A stretch of DNA of 32,000 nucleotides from Thalassobaculum fulvum. Lineage in GTDB: Bacteria; Pseudomonadota; Alphaproteobacteria; Thalassobaculales; Thalassobaculaceae. The position numbers and the translations under genes are program-made. Where the stretch lies: NCBI RefSeq assembly GCF_014652915.1, contig NZ_BMZS01000012.1, forward strand, positions 33,231 through 65,230, given 5' to 3'. Positions 17,968 through 28,007 of the stretch are shown piece after piece (within the stretch, counting starts at the first letter, position 1; every line of letters starts with the position of its first letter). The notes under the pieces were generated by a model that saw only the letters and a list, made by a program, of their open reading frames with translations, did no database searches and was not told the origin of the DNA.

Positions 17968-19089
17968 ATGGCCAATAGCGAACCGGTCGTCCTGGACGTC
18001 GATGGCCTGTCGGCGCTGTTCGAGGCGCTGAAGCGGCGCGGCTACCGGGTGGTCGGCCCGACCGTCCGTGACAAGGCGATCGTCTACGACGACCTCGACA
18101 GCCCAGCCGATCTCCCCGAGGGCTGGACTGACGAGCAGGACGGCGGGCACTACCGCCTGCTGCGCCGCGACGACCGGGCGCTGTTCGGCTACGTGGTCGG
18201 GCCGCAATCCTGGAGGCAGTTCCTGCACGCCCCGCGGGTCGAGCTGTGGCACGGCACCAAGAGCGGCGACGGCGTGCGGATCGAGGCCGATCCGATGCCG
18301 TCCGAGCCGCTGGCGTTCGTCGGCGTGCGGGCCTGCGAGCTGCAGGCGATCGCGGTGCAGGACCGGGTGCTGATGGGCGGTGCCTATGTCGACCCGCACT
18401 ACCGGGCACGGCGCGAGGGCGCGTTCCTGGTCGCGGTCAACTGCGGCCGGGCCGGCGGCACCTGCTTCTGCGTGTCGATGGAGACCGGGCCGAAGGCGAC
18501 GGCCGGCTTCGACCTGTCGCTGACCGAGCTGCTGGACGGCGACGGCCACCGCTTCCTGGTCGAGACCGGCACGGACACGGGTCAGGCGGTCCTGGCGGAG
18601 CTGCCGCACCGGCCGGCGGCGGCCGCCGAGATTGCCGCCGCCGCGGCCGTCGTCGAGCGCGCGGCGGCGTCGATGGGCCGCGAGATGCGGTCGGACGACG
18701 TCCGCGACCTGCTGATGCGCAACCTGGAGCACAGGCGCTGGGACGACGTCGCGGATCGCTGCCTTAGCTGCGGCAACTGCACCATGGTTTGCCCGACCTG
18801 CTTCTGCACGACGGTCGAGGAGACCAGCGGCCTGACCGGCGCGGAGAGCGCGCGGTCGCGGCGCTGGGATTCCTGCTTCACCATGGATTTCTCCTACATC
18901 CACGGCGGCAGCGTGCGGTCGAGCACCAGATCGCGCTATCGCCAGTGGATGACCCACAAGCTGGCGACCTGGCACGACCAGTTCGACATGTCGGGCTGCG
19001 TCGGCTGCGGGCGCTGCATCACCTGGTGTCCCGTCGGGATCGACATCACCGAAGAGGTGCGTGCGATCCGGGGCGATGGACCCAACTGA
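17968..19089 (+). CDS. hyhB: Group 3b-type [NiFe]-hydrogenase beta subunit (AsrA-like 4Fe-4S protein)
   Basis: 373 aa from ATG 17968 with GGGAG upstream. Two ferredoxin-type motifs, [16 protein letters not shown] and [14 protein letters not shown]. Size and position match the beta subunit of sulfhydrogenase-type enzymes. Confidence 0.85.
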   Translation: MANSEPVVLDVDGLSALFEALKRRGYRVVGPTVRDKAIVYDDLDSPADLPEGWTDEQDGGHYRLLRRDDRALFGYVVGPQSWRQFLHAPRVELWHGTKSGDGVRIEADPMPSEPLAFVGVRACELQAIAVQDRVLMGGAYVDPHYRARREGAFLVAVNCGRAGGTCFCVSMETGPKATAGFDLSLTELLDGDGHRFLVETGTDTGQAVLAELPHRPAAAAEIAAAAAVVERAAASMGREMRSDDVRDLLMRNLEHRRWDDVADRCLSCGNCTMVCPTCFCTTVEETSGLTGAESARSRRWDSCFTMDFSYIHGGSVRSSTRSRYRQWMTHKLATWHDQFDMSGCVGCGRCITWCPVGIDITEEVRAIRGDGPN

Positions 19090-19101
19090 GGGAGGACGGT
19101 C

Positions 19102-19569
19102 ATGGAAGCCCACGGTCTCGATCGCATCCTGCGCGAGCACCGGTTCTTCGCCGGGTTGGACGAAGAGTCCTGCGGCGTGGTCTGCGGCTGCGCCAAGAAC
19201 GTCCGCTTCGAGGCCGGTGAGTACCTGTTCCGGGCCGGCGAGCCGGCGGACCAGTTCTACCTGCTGCGGCACGGCCGGGTGGCGCTGGAGGTGGCGGCCC
19301 CCGGGCGCGGCGCGGTGACGTTCCAGACCGTCGGCGAGGGCGAGATCGTCGGCGTCTCCTGGCTGATCCCGCCTTACCGCTGGACCTACGACGCCAAGGC
19401 GGTCGAGCTGGTCCGGGCGATCGCCATGGACGCCGCGTGCCTGCGCCGGAAGTGCGAGGCCGACCACGATCTCGGCTACGAGATGATGAAGCGGTTCGTC
19501 CCGGTGCTGGTCGATCGCCTGCAGAACACCCGGCTGCAGATCCTCGACGTCTACGGTCCCAACGGCTGA
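19102..19569 (+). CDS. Stand-alone cyclic-nucleotide-binding (CAP/FNR effector-type) domain protein with no output domain
   Basis: 155 aa. Beta-roll pattern FFAGLDEE...[31 protein letters not shown]...GEGEIVG...[11 protein letters not shown]. It lies 12 nt after hyhB and 7 nt before hyhG. Confidence 0.8.
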   Translation: MEAHGLDRILREHRFFAGLDEESCGVVCGCAKNVRFEAGEYLFRAGEPADQFYLLRHGRVALEVAAPGRGAVTFQTVGEGEIVGVSWLIPPYRWTYDAKAVELVRAIAMDAACLRRKCEADHDLGYEMMKRFVPVLVDRLQNTRLQILDVYGPNG

Positions 19570-19576
19570 CGCCGCC

Positions 19577-20407
19577 GTGACGATCTTCGACCCGATGCTG
19601 CCGCGTATCGCCCGCACCCGCCGTCGCCGGCGCGACGGGCCGGCGGTGTGGACGCTCGACATCGAGATGGCGGAGGGCGGGCCGCCGGCGTTCGCACCGG
19701 GCCAGTTCAACATGCTGACGGCCTTCGGCGTCGGCGAGGTGCCGATCAGCGTCAGCGGCGATCCGGCCGACCCGAGCCGCCTGGTGCACACCATCCGCGC
19801 GGTCGGTCCGGCCTCGACCGCGCTGGCCCGGCTCGGACCCGGCGAGGTGCTGGGCCTGCGCGGGCCGTTCGGGGTCGGCTGGCCGATGGAGCAGGCGGTC
19901 GGCCGCGACGTGGTGGTGATCGCCGGCGGCCTCGGCCTGGCACCGCTGCGCCCGGCGCTCTATCGGCTGCTGGCCGAGCGCGAGCGCTACGGCAGCATCG
20001 TGCTGCTGTACGGCACCCGCAGCCCGGAGGAGATCCTGTTCCGTCGCGAGCTCGAGTCCTGGCGGCGCCGGCTGGACATCGACATCGAGGTGACGGTCGA
20101 CCACGCGGTCGGCGACTGGCGCGGCCATGTCGGCGTGGTGACCACGCTGATCCCGCGCTCGGCCTTCGAGCCGTCTAGCACTGTCGCCCTGGTGTGCGGG
20201 CCGGAGATCATGATGCGGTTCGCGATCGCGTCGCTGCAGGATGCCGGGGTCGCCGACGACGCCATCTATCTGTCGATGGAGCGCAACATGAAGTGCGCGG
20301 TCGGGCTGTGCGGGCACTGCCAGATGGGGCCTGTGCTGGTGTGCCGCGACGGGCCGGTCTTCCGGTACGACCGCATCCGGAGCATCCTCGGGGCGAGGGA
20401 GATCTGA
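19577..20407 (+). CDS. hyhG: Group 3b-type [NiFe]-hydrogenase gamma subunit (FAD/NAD(P)-binding, AsrB/PyrK-like, 2Fe-2S)
   Basis: 276 aa with a GTG start. Ferredoxin-reductase-type fold ([17 protein letters not shown]) and a C-terminal cluster motif [20 protein letters not shown]. Confidence 0.85.
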   Translation: MTIFDPMLPRIARTRRRRRDGPAVWTLDIEMAEGGPPAFAPGQFNMLTAFGVGEVPISVSGDPADPSRLVHTIRAVGPASTALARLGPGEVLGLRGPFGVGWPMEQAVGRDVVVIAGGLGLAPLRPALYRLLAERERYGSIVLLYGTRSPEEILFRRELESWRRRLDIDIEVTVDHAVGDWRGHVGVVTTLIPRSAFEPSSTVALVCGPEIMMRFAIASLQDAGVADDAIYLSMERNMKCAVGLCGHCQMGPVLVCRDGPVFRYDRIRSILGAREI

Positions 20408-20408
20408 C

Positions 20409-21191
20409 GTGGCGGAAACGGCCCGAAAGCCCCGGCTCGGTGTGTGGAAATTCGCATCCTGCGACGGCTGCCAGCTCAGCCTGCTCGACTGCGAGGACGA
20501 GCTGCTGGCGGTCGCCGGCGCCGTCGACATCGCCTACTTCCCGGAGGCGACCCGCGGCGACGTGAAGGGCCGCTACGACCTGGCGCTGGTCGAGGGCTCG
20601 ATCACCACGCCGCACGACGCCGAGCGCATCCGCGACGTGCGCCGCTGGGCCCGCACCCTGGTGACGATCGGCGCCTGCGCCACCGCCGGCGGCATCCAGG
20701 CGCTGCGCAACTTCGCCGACGTCGCCGAGTACGCGGCGGTGGTGTACGCCCGGCCCGACTACATCGACACATTGGCCACCTCGACGCCGATCGCGGAGCA
20801 TGTCCCGGTCGACTTCGAGCTGCGCGGCTGCCCGATTTCCAAGCACCAGCTGGTCGAGGTGATCGCGGCGTTCCTGGCCGGGCGGCGGCCGGTCACCCCG
20901 GCCCACAGCGTGTGCGTCGAGTGCAAGCTGCGCGGCAACGTCTGCGTGACGGTGGCGCACGGCACCCCGTGCCTGGGGCCGGTGACCCATGCCGGCTGCA
21001 ACGCGCTGTGCCCGTCCTACGACCGTGGCTGCTACGGCTGCTACGGCCCGAAGGAGACCCCGAACCCGGCTGCTCTCGGCGACAAGTTGCAGGAACAGGG
21101 CATGGATGCCGACGCGCTGCGGCGGGTCTACCGGACCTTCAACGCCGCCGCACCGGCGTTCCGCGAGGAGAGCGAGCGCCATGGCCCGTAA
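20409..21191 (+). CDS. hyhS: [NiFe]-hydrogenase small (delta) subunit, NuoB/20-kDa-like
   Basis: 260 aa with a GTG start. N-terminal [26 protein letters not shown], and a C-terminal Cys-rich region [12 protein letters not shown]...[24 protein letters not shown]. Confidence 0.9.
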   Translation: MAETARKPRLGVWKFASCDGCQLSLLDCEDELLAVAGAVDIAYFPEATRGDVKGRYDLALVEGSITTPHDAERIRDVRRWARTLVTIGACATAGGIQALRNFADVAEYAAVVYARPDYIDTLATSTPIAEHVPVDFELRGCPISKHQLVEVIAAFLAGRRPVTPAHSVCVECKLRGNVCVTVAHGTPCLGPVTHAGCNALCPSYDRGCYGCYGPKETPNPAALGDKLQEQGMDADALRRVYRTFNAAAPAFREESERHGP

Positions 21192-22488
21192 GACCATCAA
21201 GGTCGACTACATGGCGCGCGTCGAGGGCGAGGGCGCGCTGAAGGTGGTGGTGCGCGACGGCAAGGTGCAGTCGGCGGCGCTCAGCATCTTCGAACCACCG
21301 CGGTTCTTCGAGGCGCTGCTGCGCGGCCGCGCCTTCAGCGAGGCGCCGGACATCACCGCGCGGATCTGCGGGATCTGCCCGGTCGCCTACCAGATGAGCG
21401 CGGTGCACGCGATGGAGAACGCGCTCGGCGTGGCCGTCGACGGCCCGCTGCGCGACCTCCGCCGGCTGCTGTACTGCGGCGAGTGGATCGAGAGCCACGG
21501 GCTGCACGTCTACATGCTGCACGCGCCGGATTTCCTCGGCTACGACAGCGCGATCCACATGGCCAAGGACCATGGCGACGTGGTGCGCCGCGGCCTCGAC
21601 CTGAAGAAGGTAGGCAACGAGATCCTCACCGCGGTCGGCGGCCGGGAGATCCACCCGATCAACGTCAAGGTCGGCGGGTTCTACAAGGTGCCGCGCAGGC
21701 GCGACCTGCAGCACCTGGCCGAACGATTGAAAGGCGCGCGCGACGCGGCGCTGGAGACCGTGCGCTGGGTGGCCGGCTTCGACATTCCCGACCGCGAGCG
21801 CGACTACACCTTCGTGGCGCTCCGTCATCCGGACGAGTACCCGTTCAACGAGGGACGCATCGTCTCGAACCGCGGCCTGGACATCGCTGCCGCCGAGTAC
21901 GACGCGCATTTCCAGGAGATCCACGTCCGGCACTCGACGGCGCTGCAGTCGCGGATGCGAGCCGACGGCTCGGCCTATCTGGTCGGCCCGCTGGCCCGCT
22001 ACAGCCTGAACTTCGACCGGCTGTCGCCGCTGGCCCGGCAGGCGGCGCGCGAAGCCGGGCTCGGCTCCACCTGCCGCAACCCGTACCAGAGCATCGTGGT
22101 GCGCGCGGTCGAGACCCTGTACGCCTGCGACGAGGCGCTGCGGATCATCGAGAGCTATCGGGAGCCGGATGCGCCGGCAGTCCCGGTCGAGCCGCGTGCC
22201 GCGACCGGCTATGCCGCGACCGGTCATGGGGCGACCGAGGCGCCGCGCGGGTTGCTGTACCACCGCTACCGGCTGGAGGCCGACGGCAGCATCGCCGACG
22301 CCCTGATCGTGCCGCCGACCTCGCAGAACCAGGCGAGCATCGAGGAGGATCTGGCGAGCTACGTGGAGAGCTTCCTGGACCTTCCCGACGAGGCCCTGCA
22401 GCACCGCTGCGAACAGACCGTGCGCAACTACGACCCGTGTATCTCCTGCGCGACCCATTTCCTGCGCCTCGACATGGACCGGGAGTGA
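21181..22488 (+). CDS. hyhL: [NiFe]-hydrogenase large (alpha) subunit, group 3-like
   Basis: 435 aa from ATG 21181, overlapping hyhS by 11 nt. N-terminal Ni-binding motif [10 protein letters not shown] and C-terminal DPCISCATH, followed by the 9-aa cleavable tail FLRLDMDRE. Confidence 0.95.
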   Translation: MARKTIKVDYMARVEGEGALKVVVRDGKVQSAALSIFEPPRFFEALLRGRAFSEAPDITARICGICPVAYQMSAVHAMENALGVAVDGPLRDLRRLLYCGEWIESHGLHVYMLHAPDFLGYDSAIHMAKDHGDVVRRGLDLKKVGNEILTAVGGREIHPINVKVGGFYKVPRRRDLQHLAERLKGARDAALETVRWVAGFDIPDRERDYTFVALRHPDEYPFNEGRIVSNRGLDIAAAEYDAHFQEIHVRHSTALQSRMRADGSAYLVGPLARYSLNFDRLSPLARQAAREAGLGSTCRNPYQSIVVRAVETLYACDEALRIIESYREPDAPAVPVEPRAATGYAATGHGATEAPRGLLYHRYRLEADGSIADALIVPPTSQNQASIEEDLASYVESFLDLPDEALQHRCEQTVRNYDPCISCATHFLRLDMDRE

Positions 22489-22492
22489 CGGC

Positions 22493-22966
22493 GTGAGCGG
22501 GCGGCGCATCGTGATAGGCATCGGCAACCCGGACCGGGGCGACGACGGAGTCGGCCGGCTGGTCGCGCGCAGCCTCGATGGCCGGCTGCCGGCCGATGTG
22601 GAGGTCGTCGAGGCGGACGGCGAGGCGACGGCGCTGCTGGCGCACATGGACGGGGCCGAAGCGGCCTATCTGGTCGACGCCTGTGCCTCGGGCGCGGAAC
22701 CGGGCACGGTCCGTCGGTTCGACGCCGCGGCCGCTCCGCTGCCGCAGGCCGCCTTCGGGCTGTCGACCCACGGCTTCGGCCTGGCCGAGGCGATCGAGCT
22801 GGCCCGGGCGCTGCGGCAACTGCCGGCGCGCTGCGTGGTGTATGCGATCGAGGGGGCCGGGTTCGAGACCGGGGCGCCGCTGTCGGATGCGGTTGCCGAG
22901 GCGATCCCGCAGGTCCAGGAACGCCTGTGCTGCGAGATCGAACAGCCGGCCGACGTTGGGAGCTGA
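22493..22966 (+). CDS. Hydrogenase maturation endopeptidase (HycI/HoxW family)
   Basis: 157 aa with a GTG start. Motif IVIGIGNPDRGDDGVGRLVA and a later STHGFGL. Lies immediately after the large subunit. Confidence 0.9.
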   Translation: MSGRRIVIGIGNPDRGDDGVGRLVARSLDGRLPADVEVVEADGEATALLAHMDGAEAAYLVDACASGAEPGTVRRFDAAAAPLPQAAFGLSTHGFGLAEAIELARALRQLPARCVVYAIEGAGFETGAPLSDAVAEAIPQVQERLCCEIEQPADVGS

Positions 22967-22968
22967 CC

Positions 22969-23232
22969 ATGCACGAAGCCTCGCTGATGACCGGCCTGAT
23001 GCGACGGATCGAGGAGGTCGCCGCCGCCGACCGTGCCGTGAAGGTGGTCGGCGTGTCGGTCCGGCTCGGTGCCCTCAGCCACATGTCGGCGGAGCATTTC
23101 ACCGAGCATTTCGAGCAGGCCGCCGCCGGGTCGATCGCCGAGGGCGCGCGGCTGCAGATCGAGCTGTCCGAGGACCAGACGGCGCCCTGGGCGCAGGACA
23201 TCGTGCTCGAGAGCGTCGAGATCGAGACCTGA
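22969..23232 (+). CDS. hypA: HypA-like nickel metallochaperone lacking the Zn-finger domain
   Basis: 87 aa from ATG 22969. N-terminal MHE nickel-binding motif, and collinear with HypA (…VVGVSVRLGALSHMSAEHFTEHFEQAAAGSIAEGARLQIE…). It has no cysteine at all. Confidence 0.7.
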   Translation: MHEASLMTGLMRRIEEVAAADRAVKVVGVSVRLGALSHMSAEHFTEHFEQAAAGSIAEGARLQIELSEDQTAPWAQDIVLESVEIET

Positions 23233-23237
23233 CGGCG

Positions 23238-25553
23238 ATGCCGGCGGCCGGACCCCTGGGGCAGGCACGACCCGGCGAGCGCCGGCGGCTGCGCATGGTG
23301 GTGCGCGGCGCCGTGCAGGGCGTGGGGTTCAGGCCGTTCGTGCATCGCACCGCCAATGCGCTCGGACTCGCCGGCTGGGTGCGCAATACCGCGGCCGGCG
23401 TGGCGATCGAGGCCGAAGGCCCGGCCGACAGGCTTTCGGTCCTGGTCGACACGGTGCTGCACCGGTCGCCGGCACCGGCATCGATCGACGGGGTGGATCT
23501 CGACGAAACAGAGCCTGTGGGCGGCTCGGGCTTCGCGATCCGGGACAGCGAGACCGGGGGTGCGCACGTTGCCCGGGTACTGCCCGACCTTGCGACCTGC
23601 AACGACTGCCTGCGCGAGCTGTTCGACCCGGCCGACCGCCGCCACCGCTACCCGTTCGTCAACTGCACCCGGTGCGGACCGCGTTACAGCATCGTCGAGG
23701 CCGTGCCCTACGATCGGTCGCGCACCAGCATGCACCGGTTCGCGATGTGCCCGGCCTGCCAACGGGAGTACGATGATCCGGCCGACCGCCGATTCCACGC
23801 CGAGCCGAACGCCTGTCCCGGGTGCGGGCCGCGTCTCGACCTGTGGAGCCCCGACGGCACGTCGCTGGCGCGCGACGACGACGCGCTGCAGGCCGCCGCG
23901 GCCGCGATCCGCGCCGGGAAGATCGTCGCGGTCAAGGGGATCGGCGGGTTCCACCTCCTGGTCGACGCCCGCGACGAGGCGGCGGTCCGGCGCTTGCGGG
24001 CCGCGAAGGCCCGTCCGTCCAAGCCGTTCGCGATGATGTTCCCGACCCTGGCGACGGTCCGCGAGGCCTGCCGGCCGGAGGTCGAGGAGGAGCGGCTGCT
24101 CGGCGATCCGGCGCGACCGATCGTGCTGATCCGACGGGCCGCGCAGTCGGGGCTCGCCCGGTCGGTGGCGCCCGACAACCCTCGTCTCGGCGCCCTGCTG
24201 CCGTACGCGCCGCTGCATCACCTGCTGATGCACGATCTCGGCTTCCCGGTGGTCGCGACCAGCGGCAATCGCGGCGACGAGCCGATCGCGACCGACGAGC
24301 ACGATGCGCTGCGGCGGCTGGCCGGGATCGCCGAACTGTTCCTGGTGCACGACCGGCCGATCGTCCGTCCGGTCGACGACTCCGTGGTGCAGGTCATGTG
24401 CGGTCGGCCGCAGGTCCTGCGCCGGGCCCGCGGCCTGGCGCCGAACCCGGTGGTTCACGGCGGCCTGCCGGACGGCATCCTGGCCTTCGGGGCGCATCTG
24501 AAGGCGACCGTCGCGCTGACCGTCGGCGGCAACCTGGTGGCCAGCCAGCATCTCGGCGACCTGGAGACCGGGCCGGCCCGGGACGCCTACCGTCAGGCGC
24601 TCGACGACGTCGCCCGGCTGCACGAGGCCCGGCCGCGGCTGGCGGTCCGCGACGCGCACCCGGACTACGCGTCGTCGCGGGCGGCGGAGGAGGCGGGCGT
24701 GCCGGTCGTGGCGGTGCAGCACCACGTCGCGCATGTCGCCGCCTGCATGGCCGAGCACGGCCTGGCGCCGCCGGTGCTCGGCGTGGCCTGGGACGGCACC
24801 GGGTACGGCCCGGACGGCACGGTGTGGGGCGGGGAGTTCATCCGGATCACCGAGGCCGGCTGGCAGCGGGTCGCGCACCTGCGGCCGTTCCGGTTGCCGG
24901 GCGGCGAGGCGGCGGCGCGCGAGCCGCGGCGCTCGGCGCTCGGCCTGCTGGCCGAGGTCTATGGACGGGGGGCGTTCGGGATGACCCGCCTCGCCGCGGT
25001 CGCAGCGTTTGCGCCGGCCGAGCGCGAGGTCCTGCGAAACGCCCTGGCTCGCGGGCTGAACGCGCCGTGGACCACCAGCGCCGGCCGGCTGTTCGACGGT
25101 TTCGCGGCGCTGTGCGGCCTCGTCCAGCGCGCCAGCTACGAAGGCGAGGCGGCGTCGGCGCTGGAATGGGCGGCCGAGGGCTCGCGGACCGGGCGCAGCT
25201 ACGACATGCCGGTGGTCGAGCGCGGTACGGCGCCGTTGGTGGTGGACTGGGGACCGGCCGTCGTCGCGGCGCTCGCGGACCGGGCGGACGGAATGCCGCC
25301 GGCGGCGGTCTCGGAGGCCCTGCATAACGGTCTGGCGCGGGCGATCGTCGCCGTCGCGGTCCGGCTGGAAGCACAGCGGATCGTGCTGACCGGCGGCTGC
25401 TTCCAGAACCGCTGCCTGACCGAAGCGACGGTCGCCGGGCTGCGCACCGCCAACCGCCAGGTGTTCTGGCATGGCCGGGTGCCGCCGAACGACGGCGGGA
25501 TCGCTGTCGGGCAGGCCGCCTGGGCCGCGTGGCGCCCGAGGAAGGAGGCCTGA
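23238..25553 (+). CDS. hypF: Carbamoyltransferase HypF
   Basis: 771 aa from ATG 23238. Acylphosphatase domain ([14 protein letters not shown]), two Zn-finger pairs (CNDCLREL...CTRCGPRY; CPACQREY...CPGCGPRL), YrdC-like [15 protein letters not shown], and a Kae1-like C-terminus ([11 protein letters not shown]). Confidence 0.95.
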   Translation: MPAAGPLGQARPGERRRLRMVVRGAVQGVGFRPFVHRTANALGLAGWVRNTAAGVAIEAEGPADRLSVLVDTVLHRSPAPASIDGVDLDETEPVGGSGFAIRDSETGGAHVARVLPDLATCNDCLRELFDPADRRHRYPFVNCTRCGPRYSIVEAVPYDRSRTSMHRFAMCPACQREYDDPADRRFHAEPNACPGCGPRLDLWSPDGTSLARDDDALQAAAAAIRAGKIVAVKGIGGFHLLVDARDEAAVRRLRAAKARPSKPFAMMFPTLATVREACRPEVEEERLLGDPARPIVLIRRAAQSGLARSVAPDNPRLGALLPYAPLHHLLMHDLGFPVVATSGNRGDEPIATDEHDALRRLAGIAELFLVHDRPIVRPVDDSVVQVMCGRPQVLRRARGLAPNPVVHGGLPDGILAFGAHLKATVALTVGGNLVASQHLGDLETGPARDAYRQALDDVARLHEARPRLAVRDAHPDYASSRAAEEAGVPVVAVQHHVAHVAACMAEHGLAPPVLGVAWDGTGYGPDGTVWGGEFIRITEAGWQRVAHLRPFRLPGGEAAAREPRRSALGLLAEVYGRGAFGMTRLAAVAAFAPAEREVLRNALARGLNAPWTTSAGRLFDGFAALCGLVQRASYEGEAASALEWAAEGSRTGRSYDMPVVERGTAPLVVDWGPAVVAALADRADGMPPAAVSEALHNGLARAIVAVAVRLEAQRIVLTGGCFQNRCLTEATVAGLRTANRQVFWHGRVPPNDGGIAVGQAAWAAWRPRKEA

Positions 25554-25555
25554 CC

Positions 25556-25810
25556 ATGTGCCTGGCGGTTCCCGGCCGGGTTCTCGACGTCGCCGGCGAC
25601 GAGCCGATCCTGCGGGTCGGCCGGGTCGACTTCGGCGGCATCGTCAAGCAGATCAACCTCGCCTTCGTGCCGGAGGCGCAGGTCGGCGACTACGTGCTGG
25701 TGCATGTCGGCTTCGCCATCACGGTGATCGACGAGGCCGAGGCCGAGCGGGTGTTCCGGCACCTGGAGGAGATCGGCGAGCTGGTCGTCGAGGAGGACGG
25801 TGCGGCATGA
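25556..25810 (+). CDS. hypC: Hydrogenase assembly chaperone HypC/HupF
   Basis: 84 aa starting MCLAVPGRV, with the essential N-terminal Cys2. Start derived from the frame of ORF 25529..25810. Confidence 0.9.
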   Translation: MCLAVPGRVLDVAGDEPILRVGRVDFGGIVKQINLAFVPEAQVGDYVLVHVGFAITVIDEAEAERVFRHLEEIGELVVEEDGAA

Positions 25811-26916
25811 GGTTCCGCGACGAGTACCGCGACGCGGCGGCGGCCCGGCGGCTCGCCGACGCCATCGCCCGGACCGCGACCCGGCCCTGGACGCTGATGG
25901 AGGTGTGCGGCGGTCAGACCCATGCCATCGTCCGGTTCGGCATCGACGAGCTGCTGCCCGACGGCCTGTCGCTGGTGCACGGCCCCGGCTGCCCGGTTTG
26001 CGTCACCCCGGTCGAGTACGTCGACAAGGCGATCGAGATCGCCGGCCGGCCGGGCGTCGTGCTGTGCTCGTTCGGCGACATGCTGCGGGTGCCGGGCAGC
26101 GCCGGCGACCTGCTGGCCGCCAAGTCCCGTGGTGCCGACGTCCGGGTAGTGTACTCGCCGGCCGACGCGGTCGCGATCGCGCGGGCCGAGCCGGAGCGCG
26201 AGGTGGTGTTCTTCGCCGTCGGCTTCGAGACCACGGCCCCGGCGAACGCGATGGCGGCGGTGCTGGCCCGGCGGGAGGGCCTGGGGAACTTCTCGATGCT
26301 GGTGTCGCACGTCCTGGTGCCGCCGGGGATGCGGGCGATCCTGGAGGCGCCGGGCAACCGGATCGACGGCTTCCTGGCCGCCGGCCACGTGTGCACTGTG
26401 ATGGGGTTCGAGGAGTACGAGCCGATCGCCGCGTCCTACCGGGTTCCGGTCGTGGTCACCGGCTTCGAGCCGGTCGACATCCTGGAAGGCGTCTACTGGT
26501 GCGTGCGCCAGCTCGAGGCGGGACGCGCCGAGGTCGAGAACCAGTACGCCCGGGCGGTCCGGCGCGAGGGCAACCGGGCGGCAATGGCGACCATGCGCGA
26601 GGTGTTCCGCGTCGTGCCGCGGCGCTGGCGCGGCATCGGCGACATCGCCGACAGCGGTCTCGGTCTCGCCGAGGCCTATGCCGGGTTCGACGCCGAGCGC
26701 CGGTTCGGCCCGGTCCTGCTGGAGGCGGAGGCCGCCGGCGAGTGCATCAGCGGTGCGGTGCTGCGCGGCGAGCGCCGGCCGACCGACTGCCCGGCGTTCG
26801 GCACGCGCTGCACGCCCGAGCATCCGCTGGGCGTCACCATGGTGTCGTCGGAGGGCGCGTGCGCCGCCTATTACCGTTACCGCGGGGCGGCCGCGGTCGC
26901 CGGGGGGCGGCGATGA
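25807..26916 (+). CDS. hypD: Hydrogenase maturation factor HypD
   Basis: 369 aa from ATG 25807 with an ATGA overlap with hypC. Motifs [25 protein letters not shown]. Confidence 0.95.
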   Translation: MRFRDEYRDAAAARRLADAIARTATRPWTLMEVCGGQTHAIVRFGIDELLPDGLSLVHGPGCPVCVTPVEYVDKAIEIAGRPGVVLCSFGDMLRVPGSAGDLLAAKSRGADVRVVYSPADAVAIARAEPEREVVFFAVGFETTAPANAMAAVLARREGLGNFSMLVSHVLVPPGMRAILEAPGNRIDGFLAAGHVCTVMGFEEYEPIAASYRVPVVVTGFEPVDILEGVYWCVRQLEAGRAEVENQYARAVRREGNRAAMATMREVFRVVPRRWRGIGDIADSGLGLAEAYAGFDAERRFGPVLLEAEAAGECISGAVLRGERRPTDCPAFGTRCTPEHPLGVTMVSSEGACAAYYRYRGAAAVAGGRR

Positions 26917-27962
26917 GCGGTCCGGAGTTCCCGATGTCGTGCCCGTTGCCGACAGGAGACGGCGAGACCGTGCAGATGGCGCATGGCGGCGGCGGCCGGG
27001 CGATGGCGCGGCTGCTCGACACCGTCATCCGGCCGGCCTTCGACGATGCCGAGCTCGACCGGCGTCACGACGGCGCGGTGGTCGAGGTCGGCGGGCCGGC
27101 GGCGTTCACCACCGACAGCTACGTCGTCCGCCCGCTGTTCTTCCCCGGCGGCGACATCGGCACCCTGGCGGTCTACGGCACGGTCAACGACCTGGCGATG
27201 TGCGGCGCCCGGCCGCTGTACCTAAGCGTCGGGCTGATCCTGGAGGAAGGGCTGCCGCTCGACACCCTGCGGCGGGCCGTCGCCTCGATGCGCGACGCCG
27301 CGCGCGCGGCCGGGGTGCGGCTGGTCACCGGCGACACCAAGGTGGTCGACCGCGGCAAGGCCGACGGCCTGTTCGTCAACACCGCCGGCATCGGCCGGGT
27401 GGTGGCGCCGGCGCCGGTCGGGCCGGCGGCGGTGCGGTCGGGCGACGCGGTGATCCTCAGCGGCGACATCGGCCGGCACGGCATGGCGGTGATGGCGGCG
27501 CGCGAGAACCTTGGGTTCGAGACCGTGATCGAGAGCGACTGCGCGCCGGTGGCGGCACCGGTCCTGACCCTGCTGGAGGCAGGGGTCGCGGTCCACTGCC
27601 TGCGTGACCTGACCCGCGGCGGCCTGGCCAGCGCCGCCGTCGAGATCGCCGAGACCGCCGGCCTGGCGCTGGCGTTCGACGAGGCCGCCGTGCCGGTCCG
27701 CGACGACGTGGCGGCGGCGTGCGAGCTGCTGGGCCTCGACCCGCTCCATGTCGCCAACGAGGGGCGGTTCCTGGCCATCGTCGACCCCGCGGACGTCGAC
27801 AGGGCGGTCGCCATACTGCGGGACCATCCGGTGTCGGCGGGGGCGGTGGCGATCGGCGAGGTGCGCGACGGCCCGGCCGGGCGGGTGACCTGCCGTGGTC
27901 CGCTCGGCGTCGACCGGGTGGTCGACATGCTGAGCGGCGAACAGCTGCCTCGCATCTGCTGA
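26913..27962 (+). CDS. hypE: Hydrogenase maturation factor HypE (carbamoyl dehydratase)
   Basis: 349 aa from ATG 26913 with an ATGA overlap with hypD. PurM-like fold and the diagnostic C-terminal PRIC. Confidence 0.95.
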   Translation: MSGPEFPMSCPLPTGDGETVQMAHGGGGRAMARLLDTVIRPAFDDAELDRRHDGAVVEVGGPAAFTTDSYVVRPLFFPGGDIGTLAVYGTVNDLAMCGARPLYLSVGLILEEGLPLDTLRRAVASMRDAARAAGVRLVTGDTKVVDRGKADGLFVNTAGIGRVVAPAPVGPAAVRSGDAVILSGDIGRHGMAVMAARENLGFETVIESDCAPVAAPVLTLLEAGVAVHCLRDLTRGGLASAAVEIAETAGLALAFDEAAVPVRDDVAAACELLGLDPLHVANEGRFLAIVDPADVDRAVAILRDHPVSAGAVAIGEVRDGPAGRVTCRGPLGVDRVVDMLSGEQLPRIC

Positions 27963-28007
27963 GCCACGTGCCAAGATGCGGGCAGCCTGCAGCGGGAGGA
28001 CGGCGGC

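Noticed and set aside
22428-25472. 1014-aa minus-strand ORF antisense to the endopeptidase, hypA and hypF
   Set aside because: Same reasoning as above. HypF motifs on the plus strand are unambiguous, and the antisense product is low-complexity.
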